Assembly (NCBI GenBank): GCA_039932315.1
Contig: JBDTQG010000009.1
Span: forward strand, 3,969-67,968
Source: Thermoanaerobaculia bacterium
Lineage (GTDB): Bacteria > Acidobacteriota > Thermoanaerobaculia > Multivoradales > JAGPDF01
Length of the DNA stretch: 64,000 nucleotides
Direction of reading: 5' to 3'
The notes under the pieces were generated by a model, which was not told the origin of the DNA, did no database searches, and saw only the letters and a program-made list of their open reading frames with translations. Within the stretch, counting starts at the first letter, position 1; each line of letters begins with the position of its first letter. Below are positions 29,183 through 37,695 of the stretch, piece by piece. Made by a program: the position numbers and the translations under genes.

Positions 29183-29569
29183 CTAATCGTCGCCCGAGGT
29201 CTCCCAGCGATCGATCAGGCGGCGCTCTTTTTTCGTCGGTCGTCCGGCGCCGTCCTCGCGCGCGACCGGAGGGCGGCGCAGCAGTCTCGCCAGCGGATCG
29301 GCCGCGGGCCGCGGCGGTGAAAGATCCTCATAGAGCCGCGGAACCTCGGCTTTCGGCAGCGGCTTGTCGGCGATCTCGCGAAGAATCAGCGTACGCGTCC
29401 AGTCCTTGTCGACTTCGGCCTCGATGCGGTCGCCGACGACAAGATTGCGATGCGGCTTGACGACCGTGCCGTTGACGCGCACCCGGCCCAGATCGCAGGC
29501 GTGCGCGGCGAGGGTTCGGGTCTTGTAGACCCGGGCGATCGTCAGCCACTTGTCGAGACGCGTCGACAT
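29183..29569 (-). CDS. hslR: S4-domain RNA-binding protein, Hsp15/HslR-like ribosome-associated heat-shock protein
   Basis: RLDKWLTIARVYKTRTLAAHACDLGRVRVNGTVVKP, plus a basic C-terminal tail RPTKKERRLIDRW that parallels E. coli Hsp15. Confidence 0.7.
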   Translation of the reverse strand: MSTRLDKWLTIARVYKTRTLAAHACDLGRVRVNGTVVKPHRNLVVGDRIEAEVDKDWTRTLILREIADKPLPKAEVPRLYEDLSPPRPAADPLARLLRRPPVAREDGAGRPTKKERRLIDRWETSGDD

Positions 29570-29589
29570 CGTCAGGATTCTAGGCCACC

Positions 29590-30753
29590 ATGCGACTCCC
29601 GCGCCGGACTTTCCTCGCCTTTATCGCTGCGACCGCGCTCACGCTCGCCGGCTGCTTCGAGCCGCCGGTGGCCGAGCGGATGCTGCTCGAGTTCCTGCCC
29701 GACGGTGGCGCGCGCGCGACTTTGATGGTCGATCTCGGGCGTCCGGAAGATTTCGAATCCGTCGCCGCGCGCCGGCGGATCGCGCTCCGCGAGCGCGAGC
29801 TCCTCGAAGGGAGCGATCCGTGGTTCGCGCGCTTCGCCGATCTGACGACCGGCGACGACGGATTGAGTTGGCAGCGCACCCAGGGGAAGGTGCGCGCTTT
29901 TCGCCGCTGGGCCGAGCTTTCGGACCCCTCCGGATTCGACGCTGTCTTCGCCGATGATCCGGTCTCGTACGCCTATTCGCGCAACGGCGAAACGGCGACG
30001 CTGGAGGTCACGCCCTCCGGAGCGAGCCGCGCGACGCGCCGCGAGCGCCAGCGCGTCGCGCTGGAGGTCGCTGAGTGGAGCGGAGCGTTCGCGCACTACC
30101 TCGCGAAAGTCTTCGCGCTCGAAAGCTACCTTGCCGACCACGTCGATGAGAGAGAAAGCTGCTGGAAAAGGGTATTCGAGGTGAGGCTCGGGAAGGGTGA
30201 ACAGGCGGGCGGAAAAGGTCTGCCGTCCGCCGAGCTGCCTCCTGCCGCTGCGGCTCTCGCGGAAGCCGTCAATCGCGGCCTCGCCGACCTTCTCCTGGCG
30301 TTCGAAATCGATTCGAGCGACGCCTTCTCTCTCGATGAGCGGGTGAGAAAGGTCTTTCATCCGCTCTCGGCGCAGCTTCTCGTTTCGCTGCTGGTGCCCG
30401 CAGGCGAGGTCGAGGGCTTCGAGGCCGCGGAGCCGGGAGACGACGAGTTCGGCTATGCCTTTCCCGAATGCAGCCTGCTCGCAGCGCTCGACCCGCTCGA
30501 AATGCAGTGGCTCACCGCCGGTCCGCTGAGAGCGATGCTCGATCATCTGCGGGGAACGCCGGATGCGCCCATGGACATCGCGCGCTTCGTCGACGCCTCG
30601 ATCGTGCGCGACAGCGGAGTCGCTTCGGCGCCTCCGCCCTCACCGACCGACATCTCCGACCAGTTGATGAAGCTTCTCCGTCCGGCGGCGACCTATCGGT
30701 TGACCTGGCGTGTTCCCGAACCTGCGCCGGTGCGGGAAGGGAAGGGGGAGTGA
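29590..30753 (+). CDS. Hypothetical lipoprotein
   Basis: Lipobox LTLAGC after a basic N-terminus (MRLPRRTFLAFIAATA). I recognise no motifs. The composition is protein-like, and the stop overlaps the next gene's start (GTGA). Confidence 0.55.
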   Translation: MRLPRRTFLAFIAATALTLAGCFEPPVAERMLLEFLPDGGARATLMVDLGRPEDFESVAARRRIALRERELLEGSDPWFARFADLTTGDDGLSWQRTQGKVRAFRRWAELSDPSGFDAVFADDPVSYAYSRNGETATLEVTPSGASRATRRERQRVALEVAEWSGAFAHYLAKVFALESYLADHVDERESCWKRVFEVRLGKGEQAGGKGLPSAELPPAAAALAEAVNRGLADLLLAFEIDSSDAFSLDERVRKVFHPLSAQLLVSLLVPAGEVEGFEAAEPGDDEFGYAFPECSLLAALDPLEMQWLTAGPLRAMLDHLRGTPDAPMDIARFVDASIVRDSGVASAPPPSPTDISDQLMKLLRPAATYRLTWRVPEPAPVREGKGE

Positions 30754-31121
30754 GAGTTCCGCCGGAGGAGTTCGAGGCGCTCGTCGAGCAGGCGCTGGGA
30801 AATCTTCCCGACGAGTTCAAGGCGGCGCTCGACAACGTCGCGGTCATGATCGCCGAGGAGCCCTCCGACGAAGATCTGATCGAAGTCGGGATCGACCCGG
30901 AGGATCCCGAACGCGATGAGCTTTTCGGGCTCTATCAGGGCACGCCCCTCACCGAGCGCGACAGCTTCTACTCCGGCCTGCCCGACCGCGTCCTCATCTT
31001 CCGCGGCCCGATCCTCCGCGAATGCGTCACCCGCCGCGCCGTGATGCGCGAAGTAAGAGAGACCGTCCAGCACGAGCTCGGGCATTACTTCGGGATGGAA
31101 GAAGAGGATATGCCGTTCTGA
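30750..31121 (+). CDS. Zincin-like metallopeptidase-family small protein (DUF1025/Zincin_1-like)
   Basis: GTG 30750, in frame with track ORF 30468..31121. Motifs ALGNLPDEF, NVAVMIAEEPS, GLYQG and the C-terminal HELGHYFG (HExxH). Confidence 0.6.
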   Translation: MRVPPEEFEALVEQALGNLPDEFKAALDNVAVMIAEEPSDEDLIEVGIDPEDPERDELFGLYQGTPLTERDSFYSGLPDRVLIFRGPILRECVTRRAVMREVRETVQHELGHYFGMEEEDMPF

Positions 31122-31126
31122 TGAGA

Positions 31127-31158
31127 CGCTCGAGGCGGAGTCGTACCGGCCTCGAGCG
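31127..31158 (+). terminator. 10-bp-stem hairpin after the zincin-like gene (no U tract)
   Basis: cgctcgaggc (31127-31136) pairs with gcctcgagcg (31149-31158) around a 12-nt loop. It lies 6 nt after the stop at 31119-31121. No T-run follows, so intrinsic-terminator function is uncertain. Confidence 0.35.
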
Positions 31159-31181
31159 CTGAAAGGCGAAAAGCGCTGAGA

Positions 31182-32279
31182 ATGAAAAAAGAGATGGCGA
31201 GCTTTTCCGCTTTCCCTCTTTGGCTGGGCGCGTTTCTGGCGCTCACCGGCGGCTGCAGTTGCGGCGCGGGAAGCGAATCGCGTCCGCTGCTCGCGGTCGA
31301 CCCTGACCCTGTTCGGGCTTTTCTGACGATCTCCTCGGTTGGGGGTTTGAGCAGTGAAACCTCAATCACATCCTTTTACGGAGACGGGCAGATGAGGACG
31401 GAGAGCTCCTACGGGCGAGAGTCCCACGGGGCGTATCGCACGAGCTTCCTGCAACTCACTCCCGGGGAGGTACTGCAGCTGGTTTCCGACATCGCCGATT
31501 CGGGCTTGGACCGATTCGACCCCAAATCGCTCGCCGAACGTGACCGCCGAGATCTGCGCATGCGTGGGTACGTTTCCGACGCCGGCGCCGAGTACGTTTC
31601 GATTTCTCTTCTGCGAAGGCAAGGCCTGTGGAACCGTTCAACCGAGGTGGTCAGGAATCAGTTCTGGTTGGACGGTTCGACGCTAGGCTTGCTGATGGAG
31701 GGCCAAGATGTGCCGGAAATGGAAGCTCTCCGGCGGATTCAGAGACTTCAGTCATCTCTCCGGCAGAAGGGGTTTTCGATCGACGCGACGATTCGACCGA
31801 GCTTCGAGTTCTCGTTTCCGAACGATCGCCGGCCCGTCGCGGTTTTTTCGGCACGAGACGAGCGCACCTTGCGCGCGACGGCGCTCAAAGTCTATGCATC
31901 CGGGACGGTCGAGCTCGAAAGCTCCTCCTTCCCGAACGGCCGAGAGCTTCAGTTGCCGATCGACATCCGCGACCGAATCCTGCAGGACGTGCAGGACGGT
32001 GACCTGACGCACTACGACGAGGTCGCGTTGGCTTCGCAGCGCAGGAACCTCGACTCGGCGAGACGGCCGGTCAAAGCGCAGCCGGCGAACATCTTCACCG
32101 GCAAGCTGCGTCTGCGTCCGGCATCGGGTCCGCCGGGCACGAACACCTGGGTGGAAATCAGCGTGCTGGACTCGAGTGGACTGGCGACCCGGTATCCATC
32201 CATTGCCGCGTACAAGGCTCTCTCGGACCTCGAGAACCTGATCTGGGAGGCGGCGAGCTTCGCGAGCAATCTGCCGTGA
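31182..32279 (+). CDS. Hypothetical lipoprotein (orphan, compositionally atypical)
   Basis: Lipobox LALTGGC. I recognise no family motifs. Third codon positions are visibly less G/C-biased than in the neighbouring genes. Confidence 0.5.
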   Translation: MKKEMASFSAFPLWLGAFLALTGGCSCGAGSESRPLLAVDPDPVRAFLTISSVGGLSSETSITSFYGDGQMRTESSYGRESHGAYRTSFLQLTPGEVLQLVSDIADSGLDRFDPKSLAERDRRDLRMRGYVSDAGAEYVSISLLRRQGLWNRSTEVVRNQFWLDGSTLGLLMEGQDVPEMEALRRIQRLQSSLRQKGFSIDATIRPSFEFSFPNDRRPVAVFSARDERTLRATALKVYASGTVELESSSFPNGRELQLPIDIRDRILQDVQDGDLTHYDEVALASQRRNLDSARRPVKAQPANIFTGKLRLRPASGPPGTNTWVEISVLDSSGLATRYPSIAAYKALSDLENLIWEAASFASNLP

Positions 32280-32301
32280 ATTCGCGCCACCCTGGTGGTG
32301 A

Positions 32302-32613
32302 TCAGCCGGCCGCGGTGCGGATCTTCTCGACCTTCTTTTCGCCCGCTTCGGTCAGCGTTTCGCGCTCGCGCAGGTAGAACTCTTCCTGCTCCATGCGCTT
32401 GCCCGGGTCGGTGAGCTTCGCCATCTGGTCGCGGTGGAGGATTTCGAGCTCGGCGATCTTCGCGACGGTGAGGGCGCGGGCTTCGGAGATCGCCTGCTTG
32501 GTGCTTTCGGAGAGTGTGGTCGAGCTCGGGCGATCCATGCCCTGGGACTCCATGCGCTCGAGTGCCAGTTCGTACGCCGACTTCATTCCTTTTGCCTTGT
32601 CCGGGGGGGCCAT
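32302..32613 (-). CDS. Small hypothetical coiled-coil protein
   Basis: 103-aa ORF with a charged heptad-like sequence (AYELALERMESQG...EEFYLRERETLTEAGEKKVEKI). No motif recognised. Confidence 0.45.
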   Translation of the reverse strand: MAPPDKAKGMKSAYELALERMESQGMDRPSSTTLSESTKQAISEARALTVAKIAELEILHRDQMAKLTDPGKRMEQEEFYLRERETLTEAGEKKVEKIRTAAG

Positions 32614-32694
32614 ATCGAGGCGATTGTAGCTGTCGCGCCAAGCTGACGCGCTGGGCGCCGTTTTTCAAGGCACCGCTTTTGCTAGCCTGACGGC

Positions 32695-33687
32695 ATGATC
32701 GAAGCGCAAGGCCTGACCCGAAAATTCGGCGATTTCACCGCCGTTTCCGACGTTTCCTTCGCACTTTCGGAGGGTGAGATCGTCGGTATTCTCGGCCCGA
32801 ACGGCGCCGGGAAGACCACGACCATCCGCATGATCACCGGTTTCCTGCCGCCGACCGCCGGGCGGGTGACGCTCGCCGGACAGGATCTCTTCGGCGATTC
32901 GGTCGCGGTCCGCCGCCAGCTGGGCTATCTGCCCGAGAGCGTCGCCCTCTATCCCGAGATGCGGGTGGAGGAGTATCTGGCGTACCGCGCGCGCCTCGAG
33001 GGACTCGATCGGACGACGACGCGCCGCCGTCTCGGGGACGTTCTCGATCGCTGCCTGCTCTCCGATGTCCGACGTCAGGTCATCGGGACCCTGTCGAAGG
33101 GCTATCGCCAGCGGGTCGGTCTGGCCGGCGCGATTCTGCACGATCCGAAGGTTCTGGTGCTCGACGAACCCACGGTCGGCCTCGATCCGAAACAGATCGT
33201 CGCGATCCGCGAACTGATCCGCGAGCTGGGCGAGAAGCACACGCTGCTGCTGTCGACGCACATCCTTCCCGAAGTCGAGCTGCTCTGCGGCCGCGTGCTG
33301 ATCTTCGATCGCGGCCGCATCGTCGCCGAAGGGAGCCCCGACCAGCTGCGCGAACGCCTTCAGGGACAGGTCGCGGTGAGCGTCGAATTCGACTCCGCCG
33401 GCGCTCCCGCCGGCGCGGAGATGGCCGTGGCCCTCGAGCAGATCGAGGGGATCCGTGCCGTCCGTCCGGATCCGGAACATCCGCACCGCTTCGTCCTCGA
33501 AGCGGCGCAGGGCGCCGATCCGCGCGCGGCGATCTTCCGCCTGGCCGTGGCGCGCTCGTGGGTGCTCGTCGAGCTTGCCTCCGAGCGCGCGTCGCTCGAG
33601 GATATTTTCGTCCGCCTGACGACACGCGACGCGGAGGAGCCGGCGCTTCCGGCCGAGGCGGCGCAGGTCGCAGGGGAGGCGGCATGA
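32695..33687 (+). CDS. ABC transporter ATP-binding protein (ABC-2/GldA-like)
   Basis: Walker A GPNGAGKTT, Q-loop, signature LSKGYRQRV, Walker B LVLDEPTVGLD and an H-loop STH. Confidence 0.85.
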   Translation: MIEAQGLTRKFGDFTAVSDVSFALSEGEIVGILGPNGAGKTTTIRMITGFLPPTAGRVTLAGQDLFGDSVAVRRQLGYLPESVALYPEMRVEEYLAYRARLEGLDRTTTRRRLGDVLDRCLLSDVRRQVIGTLSKGYRQRVGLAGAILHDPKVLVLDEPTVGLDPKQIVAIRELIRELGEKHTLLLSTHILPEVELLCGRVLIFDRGRIVAEGSPDQLRERLQGQVAVSVEFDSAGAPAGAEMAVALEQIEGIRAVRPDPEHPHRFVLEAAQGADPRAAIFRLAVARSWVLVELASERASLEDIFVRLTTRDAEEPALPAEAAQVAGEAA

Positions 33688-34424
33688 AGGGCGCATTGGC
33701 AGTTTTCGGTCGGGAGCTCCGGGCCTACTTCTTCTCGCCGCTCGCCTACGTCATCCTCACTTTCTTCATTCTCGTGCAGGGCTATTACTTCTCGCTCATC
33801 GTGGCGTTTCTCGCCGATCCGCGCGCGGCCGCGGGTCGACCGCTCGAGCTTTTCTTCGGGCAGACGATCTTCACCTGGCTGGTGCTCATCTTCGCCGGCA
33901 CGTTCCTTTCGATGCGACTGATCTCGGAGGAGCTGCGTTCCGGAACGATCGAGACCCTGCTGACCTCGCCGATTTCGGAGACGCAGGTCGTTCTCGGGAA
34001 GTACTTCGCCGCGCTCACCTTCTACCTTTTCCTCTGGGCGCCGACGCTCGTCTACGTCGCGATCGTGCGCTGGTTCACTCCCGTCGACTGGGGTCCGGTC
34101 GCTGCCGCTTACCTCGGCATCATCGGCATCGGTGCCCTGTTCCTGTCGGTCGGCGTTTTCGCCTCGGCGACGTCGAAGAACCAGATGGTCGCGGCAGTCG
34201 TCACCTTCTTCTGTCTGCTCGTGCTGTTCAGCTGCGGGCTGCTCGAGAACCTCGTCAATGGCGAGATCGCCAAGAAAGTACTCGGACAGATGAACCTCTG
34301 GCAGCACATGGACGACTTCAGTAAAGGCATCGTCGATACCCGGCGGCTTGTCTACTATGCGAGCGGCGCCGGTTTCTTTCTCTTTCTGACCAGCCGCGCG
34401 CTCGCGGCGAAGAAGTGGCGGTAA
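33684..34424 (+). CDS. ABC-2 type transporter permease (GldF-like)
   Basis: ATG 33684 forms an ATGA overlap with the ATPase stop. The start is MKGALAVFGRELRAYFFSPLAYVIL, followed by six hydrophobic segments. Confidence 0.7.
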   Translation: MKGALAVFGRELRAYFFSPLAYVILTFFILVQGYYFSLIVAFLADPRAAAGRPLELFFGQTIFTWLVLIFAGTFLSMRLISEELRSGTIETLLTSPISETQVVLGKYFAALTFYLFLWAPTLVYVAIVRWFTPVDWGPVAAAYLGIIGIGALFLSVGVFASATSKNQMVAAVVTFFCLLVLFSCGLLENLVNGEIAKKVLGQMNLWQHMDDFSKGIVDTRRLVYYASGAGFFLFLTSRALAAKKWR

Positions 34425-34428
34425 GGCG

Positions 34429-35961
34429 ATGAGCGGCAACGGAGGCAAGGGTTGGCGCGGCGCCGTCGCGAGCGGTTCGCTGCTTTCGGCGGGAGTGCTG
34501 CTCGTCGCGGCGCTCGTCGCGATCGTGAACTACGTCGGCATGCGCTTTTATCACCGGTTCGACTGGACCTCGTCGCAGATTTACTCCCTGTCGGAGAAGA
34601 CCGGATCGATTCTCGCCGGTCTCGACAAGGAGATCGACGTCACGATGTTTCTCCCGGCAGGCTCGCCGCTGCATGACTCTGCAAAGGAACTGCTGGAGCG
34701 CTACGCGGCGAAGTCGCCGAAGATCCACTATCGCGCGATCGAAGCCGACAAGAACCTGATCGAAGCGCAGCGTCTGGTCGACAAGTTTCAGCTTTCGAGT
34801 CTGAACGTCGTGGTTTTCGAGAGCGGCACCGATCGCCGGGTCGTGGAGGAGAGCGCTCTCGCGGACTACGACTACTCGGCGATCCAGTACGGCGGGGCGC
34901 CGGAGATGACCGGCTTCAAGGGGGAAGAGGCCTTCACCGGCGCCATTCTCGAGCTTGCCGAAAGCCGCAAGCCGAAGGTGCTGCTGACTTCGGGACACGG
35001 TGAGGCGTCGATCGACGAGACGGGAAGCGCCGGACTCTCGGGAGTGCGCGATCTCGTCGGCAAGGAGAACGTCGAGCTCGCGAACTGGGAGTCGCTCGGT
35101 CAGCCGGACGTTCCCCAGGGAACCGATCTTCTGGTCGTCGCCGGTGCGAAGACCCGGTTCGTCGAGCCGGAGCTCGCGGCTTTCGGGCGTTACCTCGATC
35201 ACGGCGGGCGCATGCTCGTCCTGCTCGATCCCGAGCTCGCTCCTGGCGGCGGAGTCCTCACGACCGGACTCGAGAGCTGGCTCAGCGCCTACGGCGTCGA
35301 GGTCGGTGCGAACATCGTCGTCGATCCCGGCGCGACGGTACCGCTCTACGGCGCTGAAACGCTTTTCGCCGGAGCGCTGGGTGGCCATCCGATCGTGCGC
35401 AGCCTCGAACAGGCCAAGGTCGGCGTCATCGTCGCTCTGGCGCGCTCGATCGGCGCCGGCAAAGCGCCGGAGGGCATGGCATCGCAGGTCCTGCTGCAGA
35501 CGACGGCCGATGGCTGGGGCGAGAGCGATCTCGCGAACCTCAAGGCGGTCGCCAAAGACGCGAAGGACATGACCGGACCGGTGCCGCTCGCCGTCGCGGT
35601 GAGCGCCAGATCGAACGAGACGCCGCTGCCCGATGTCGAGGAAGACGAGACGGCGGCGCCGCCTCCGCCGGTCGTGAGTCCGGCCGACGCTCCCAAATGG
35701 CGTCTGGTGGTCGTCGGCGACACGGACTTCGCGAGCAACAGTCTGCTGACGTTGTCGGGAAATCCGACGATGCTCTCGAATACCTTCAACTGGCTCCTCG
35801 ACCGGCAGAAGCTTCTCGGGATCGGACCGAAGAAGCCGGAACAGGTGCGCATGACTCTCACGCCCGGACAGCTTTCGGGGATCACCTGGCTGGTGCTCGC
35901 CGGGATGCCGGCGCTCGCGATCGCCGCCGGCATCGCGGTCTATCTCCGGCGCCGGCGGTAG
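34429..35961 (+). CDS. GldG-like ABC-transporter auxiliary protein (ABC_transp_aux family)
   Basis: N- and C-terminal TM anchors flank a large periplasmic part. It sits directly after the ABC-2 ATPase/permease, as in gldAFG-type sets. Confidence 0.6.
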   Translation: MSGNGGKGWRGAVASGSLLSAGVLLVAALVAIVNYVGMRFYHRFDWTSSQIYSLSEKTGSILAGLDKEIDVTMFLPAGSPLHDSAKELLERYAAKSPKIHYRAIEADKNLIEAQRLVDKFQLSSLNVVVFESGTDRRVVEESALADYDYSAIQYGGAPEMTGFKGEEAFTGAILELAESRKPKVLLTSGHGEASIDETGSAGLSGVRDLVGKENVELANWESLGQPDVPQGTDLLVVAGAKTRFVEPELAAFGRYLDHGGRMLVLLDPELAPGGGVLTTGLESWLSAYGVEVGANIVVDPGATVPLYGAETLFAGALGGHPIVRSLEQAKVGVIVALARSIGAGKAPEGMASQVLLQTTADGWGESDLANLKAVAKDAKDMTGPVPLAVAVSARSNETPLPDVEEDETAAPPPPVVSPADAPKWRLVVVGDTDFASNSLLTLSGNPTMLSNTFNWLLDRQKLLGIGPKKPEQVRMTLTPGQLSGITWLVLAGMPALAIAAGIAVYLRRRR

Positions 35962-35965
35962 ACCT

Positions 35966-37447
35966 TTGAGACCGCGCACCCTCGCCGTTCTCGCTGCCGT
36001 CGTCGGCGCGCTGCTCGCGATCCTCTATTTCACCGGCGACAAGGTCGCTTCGACAGACGAGCGCACGGCGGCGGCGAAACGTCTGGTCGACGCCAAGGCC
36101 GACGACATCGTGTCGATCGAACTCGAGTGGCAGGGGGCCAAGGTGCGGTTCGAGCGCGATCCGGCGAAAGCCGCGGTGGACTCGAAGCTGCCGGCGACGC
36201 CCGGCCGGCCGGAAAGCCCCCTCGCGTCGGTGCTCGCCGGAGCGACGGAGAAGCGGATCTGGCGCATCGTCGAGCCGTTCTCGAAGGTCGCCGATGGCGC
36301 CGCGGTCGATCGGGTGGTCTCGGAGCTTCTGACTCTCGAGTCGACGCGCAGCCTCGAGGGGGTGGCGAAGAAAGACGTCGGCCTCGATCCGCCGCGCGGG
36401 CGCATCACCTGGAAAAGCGGTGCGACCGAGGGAGCGCTCGAGATCGGCGGTAGCGTGCCGGCGAGTCACGACATCGTCGTCGCCGCGAGCGGCCGAACGG
36501 CTCCTGCGGTGACTGCCGATACTCTCCTTGTGGAGCTTGCGCGGCCGGCGGGAGACTGGCGGACCCGGGAAGTCGTCACCGCGGCGCGCGACAAGATCGA
36601 TCGCGTGACCTTGGCTCCGGTCACTGGCGCGCCCGTCGCGCTGGCGCGGAGCGGCGAGACCCTGCGCATGGAGAGTCCGGTCGCGGACTGGCTCGACCGG
36701 GATCTGACGGATGCCGTATTCAGCGATCTCGCGGCCTTGCGTATGGAGACGTTCCTCGATCCGCCGCTCGCAGCCGATGTCACGGCGGCGCTCGCCACTC
36801 CCGCCGGCGCGATCGAAGTCGGTATTGCCGGTGAATCGCAACCGCTTCGCATCGAGGTCGGCGGCGAGCGCTCGCCCGGCAAGCGCGTCTTCCGGGTCGG
36901 CGACCAGGTTTTCGAGAGTGCGAGCAAGATCGGCGACAGCATCGTGCGACCGGCGCTCGCCTGGCGCAGCCGGAGCTGGACGCGGTTCGAAAACTGGCGC
37001 ATCGAGAAGTTGCGCGTCGAAGAGGCGGGCGGAGCGTTCGAGCTCCGGCGGGCGAACGGCGAGTGGCTGCGCGACAGCCAGAAGATTCCGTTCACTGCGG
37101 CAAGCGATCTGCTGTACGCGATCGTGGGCATCAAGTCCGCCACGATTTCCGACGCATCCGGCGCAGCGACTCCTGCTTCCCGCCCGGTCCTCACGCTGAC
37201 GCTCTCCGACGCCGACGGGAACGAAGAGGTGCTGTCGCTCGATGCCCCGCCGGCTCCGGGGGCTCCGTCGCCGGCGCATACCCGGGGACGGAACGTCGTT
37301 CTCCCGCTCGCTCCGTCCGCCGTGGCCGACCTCGAGGCGAAGATCGCCGTCGTCCGCGCCGCCGTGCCGGTTCCCGATGCCGCCGCCCCCACGTCGCCGG
37401 CAGCCGCTTCTGCCTCCCCTGCCGCCGCCTCCCCTCCCGCCCCCTAG
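35966..37447 (+). CDS. DUF4340-like membrane-anchored protein with an Ala/Pro-rich C-terminus
   Basis: TTG start 5 nt after the GldG-like stop. N-terminal anchor RTLAVLAAVVGALLAILYF. The position downstream of the GldG-like gene is typical for DUF4340. This is a positional and memory-based call. Confidence 0.45.
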   Translation: MRPRTLAVLAAVVGALLAILYFTGDKVASTDERTAAAKRLVDAKADDIVSIELEWQGAKVRFERDPAKAAVDSKLPATPGRPESPLASVLAGATEKRIWRIVEPFSKVADGAAVDRVVSELLTLESTRSLEGVAKKDVGLDPPRGRITWKSGATEGALEIGGSVPASHDIVVAASGRTAPAVTADTLLVELARPAGDWRTREVVTAARDKIDRVTLAPVTGAPVALARSGETLRMESPVADWLDRDLTDAVFSDLAALRMETFLDPPLAADVTAALATPAGAIEVGIAGESQPLRIEVGGERSPGKRVFRVGDQVFESASKIGDSIVRPALAWRSRSWTRFENWRIEKLRVEEAGGAFELRRANGEWLRDSQKIPFTAASDLLYAIVGIKSATISDASGAATPASRPVLTLTLSDADGNEEVLSLDAPPAPGAPSPAHTRGRNVVLPLAPSAVADLEAKIAVVRAAVPVPDAAAPTSPAAASASPAAASPPAP

Positions 37448-37513
37448 CTCGACCGCCGGTCCTCTCGCGGACCGGCGTCGAACTTCCCTCGCCAGCTCTT
37501 TGCCGCTCCAGGC

Positions 37514-37527
37514 TGAAACCGATTACA
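37514..37527. promoter_or_regulatory. LacI-family operator-like site 1 (TGAAACCGATTACA)
   Basis: It fits the generic LacI/GalR half-palindrome pattern TGnAAnCGnTTnCA centred on CG (37520/37521). It is 12/14 identical to the reverse complement of site 2. Confidence 0.45.
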
Positions 37528-37609
37528 GCGACAGCTCCCGCACCGAGGCGATTTCTCCCTCGAACAGGTGAGGCTTGACGGACCGGGGTGGGGCGATTAG
37601 TGTCCCGCT

Positions 37610-37623
37610 GGTAATCGGTTACA
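37610..37623. promoter_or_regulatory. LacI-family operator-like site 2 (GGTAATCGGTTACA; reverse complement TGTAACCGATTACC)
   Basis: Centred on CG at 37616/37617. It sits 73 nt upstream of the lacI-family start (37696). It lies just downstream of a possible -35 TTGACG (37575-37580) and a weak -10 TAGTGT (37598-37603). Confidence 0.5.
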
Positions 37624-37695
37624 TTTCGTCAGCCGCATGTCGACGCCGGAACGATACGGTCACAAGGTTCCGGCAAGGTCGGAGATCCGGTCGGT

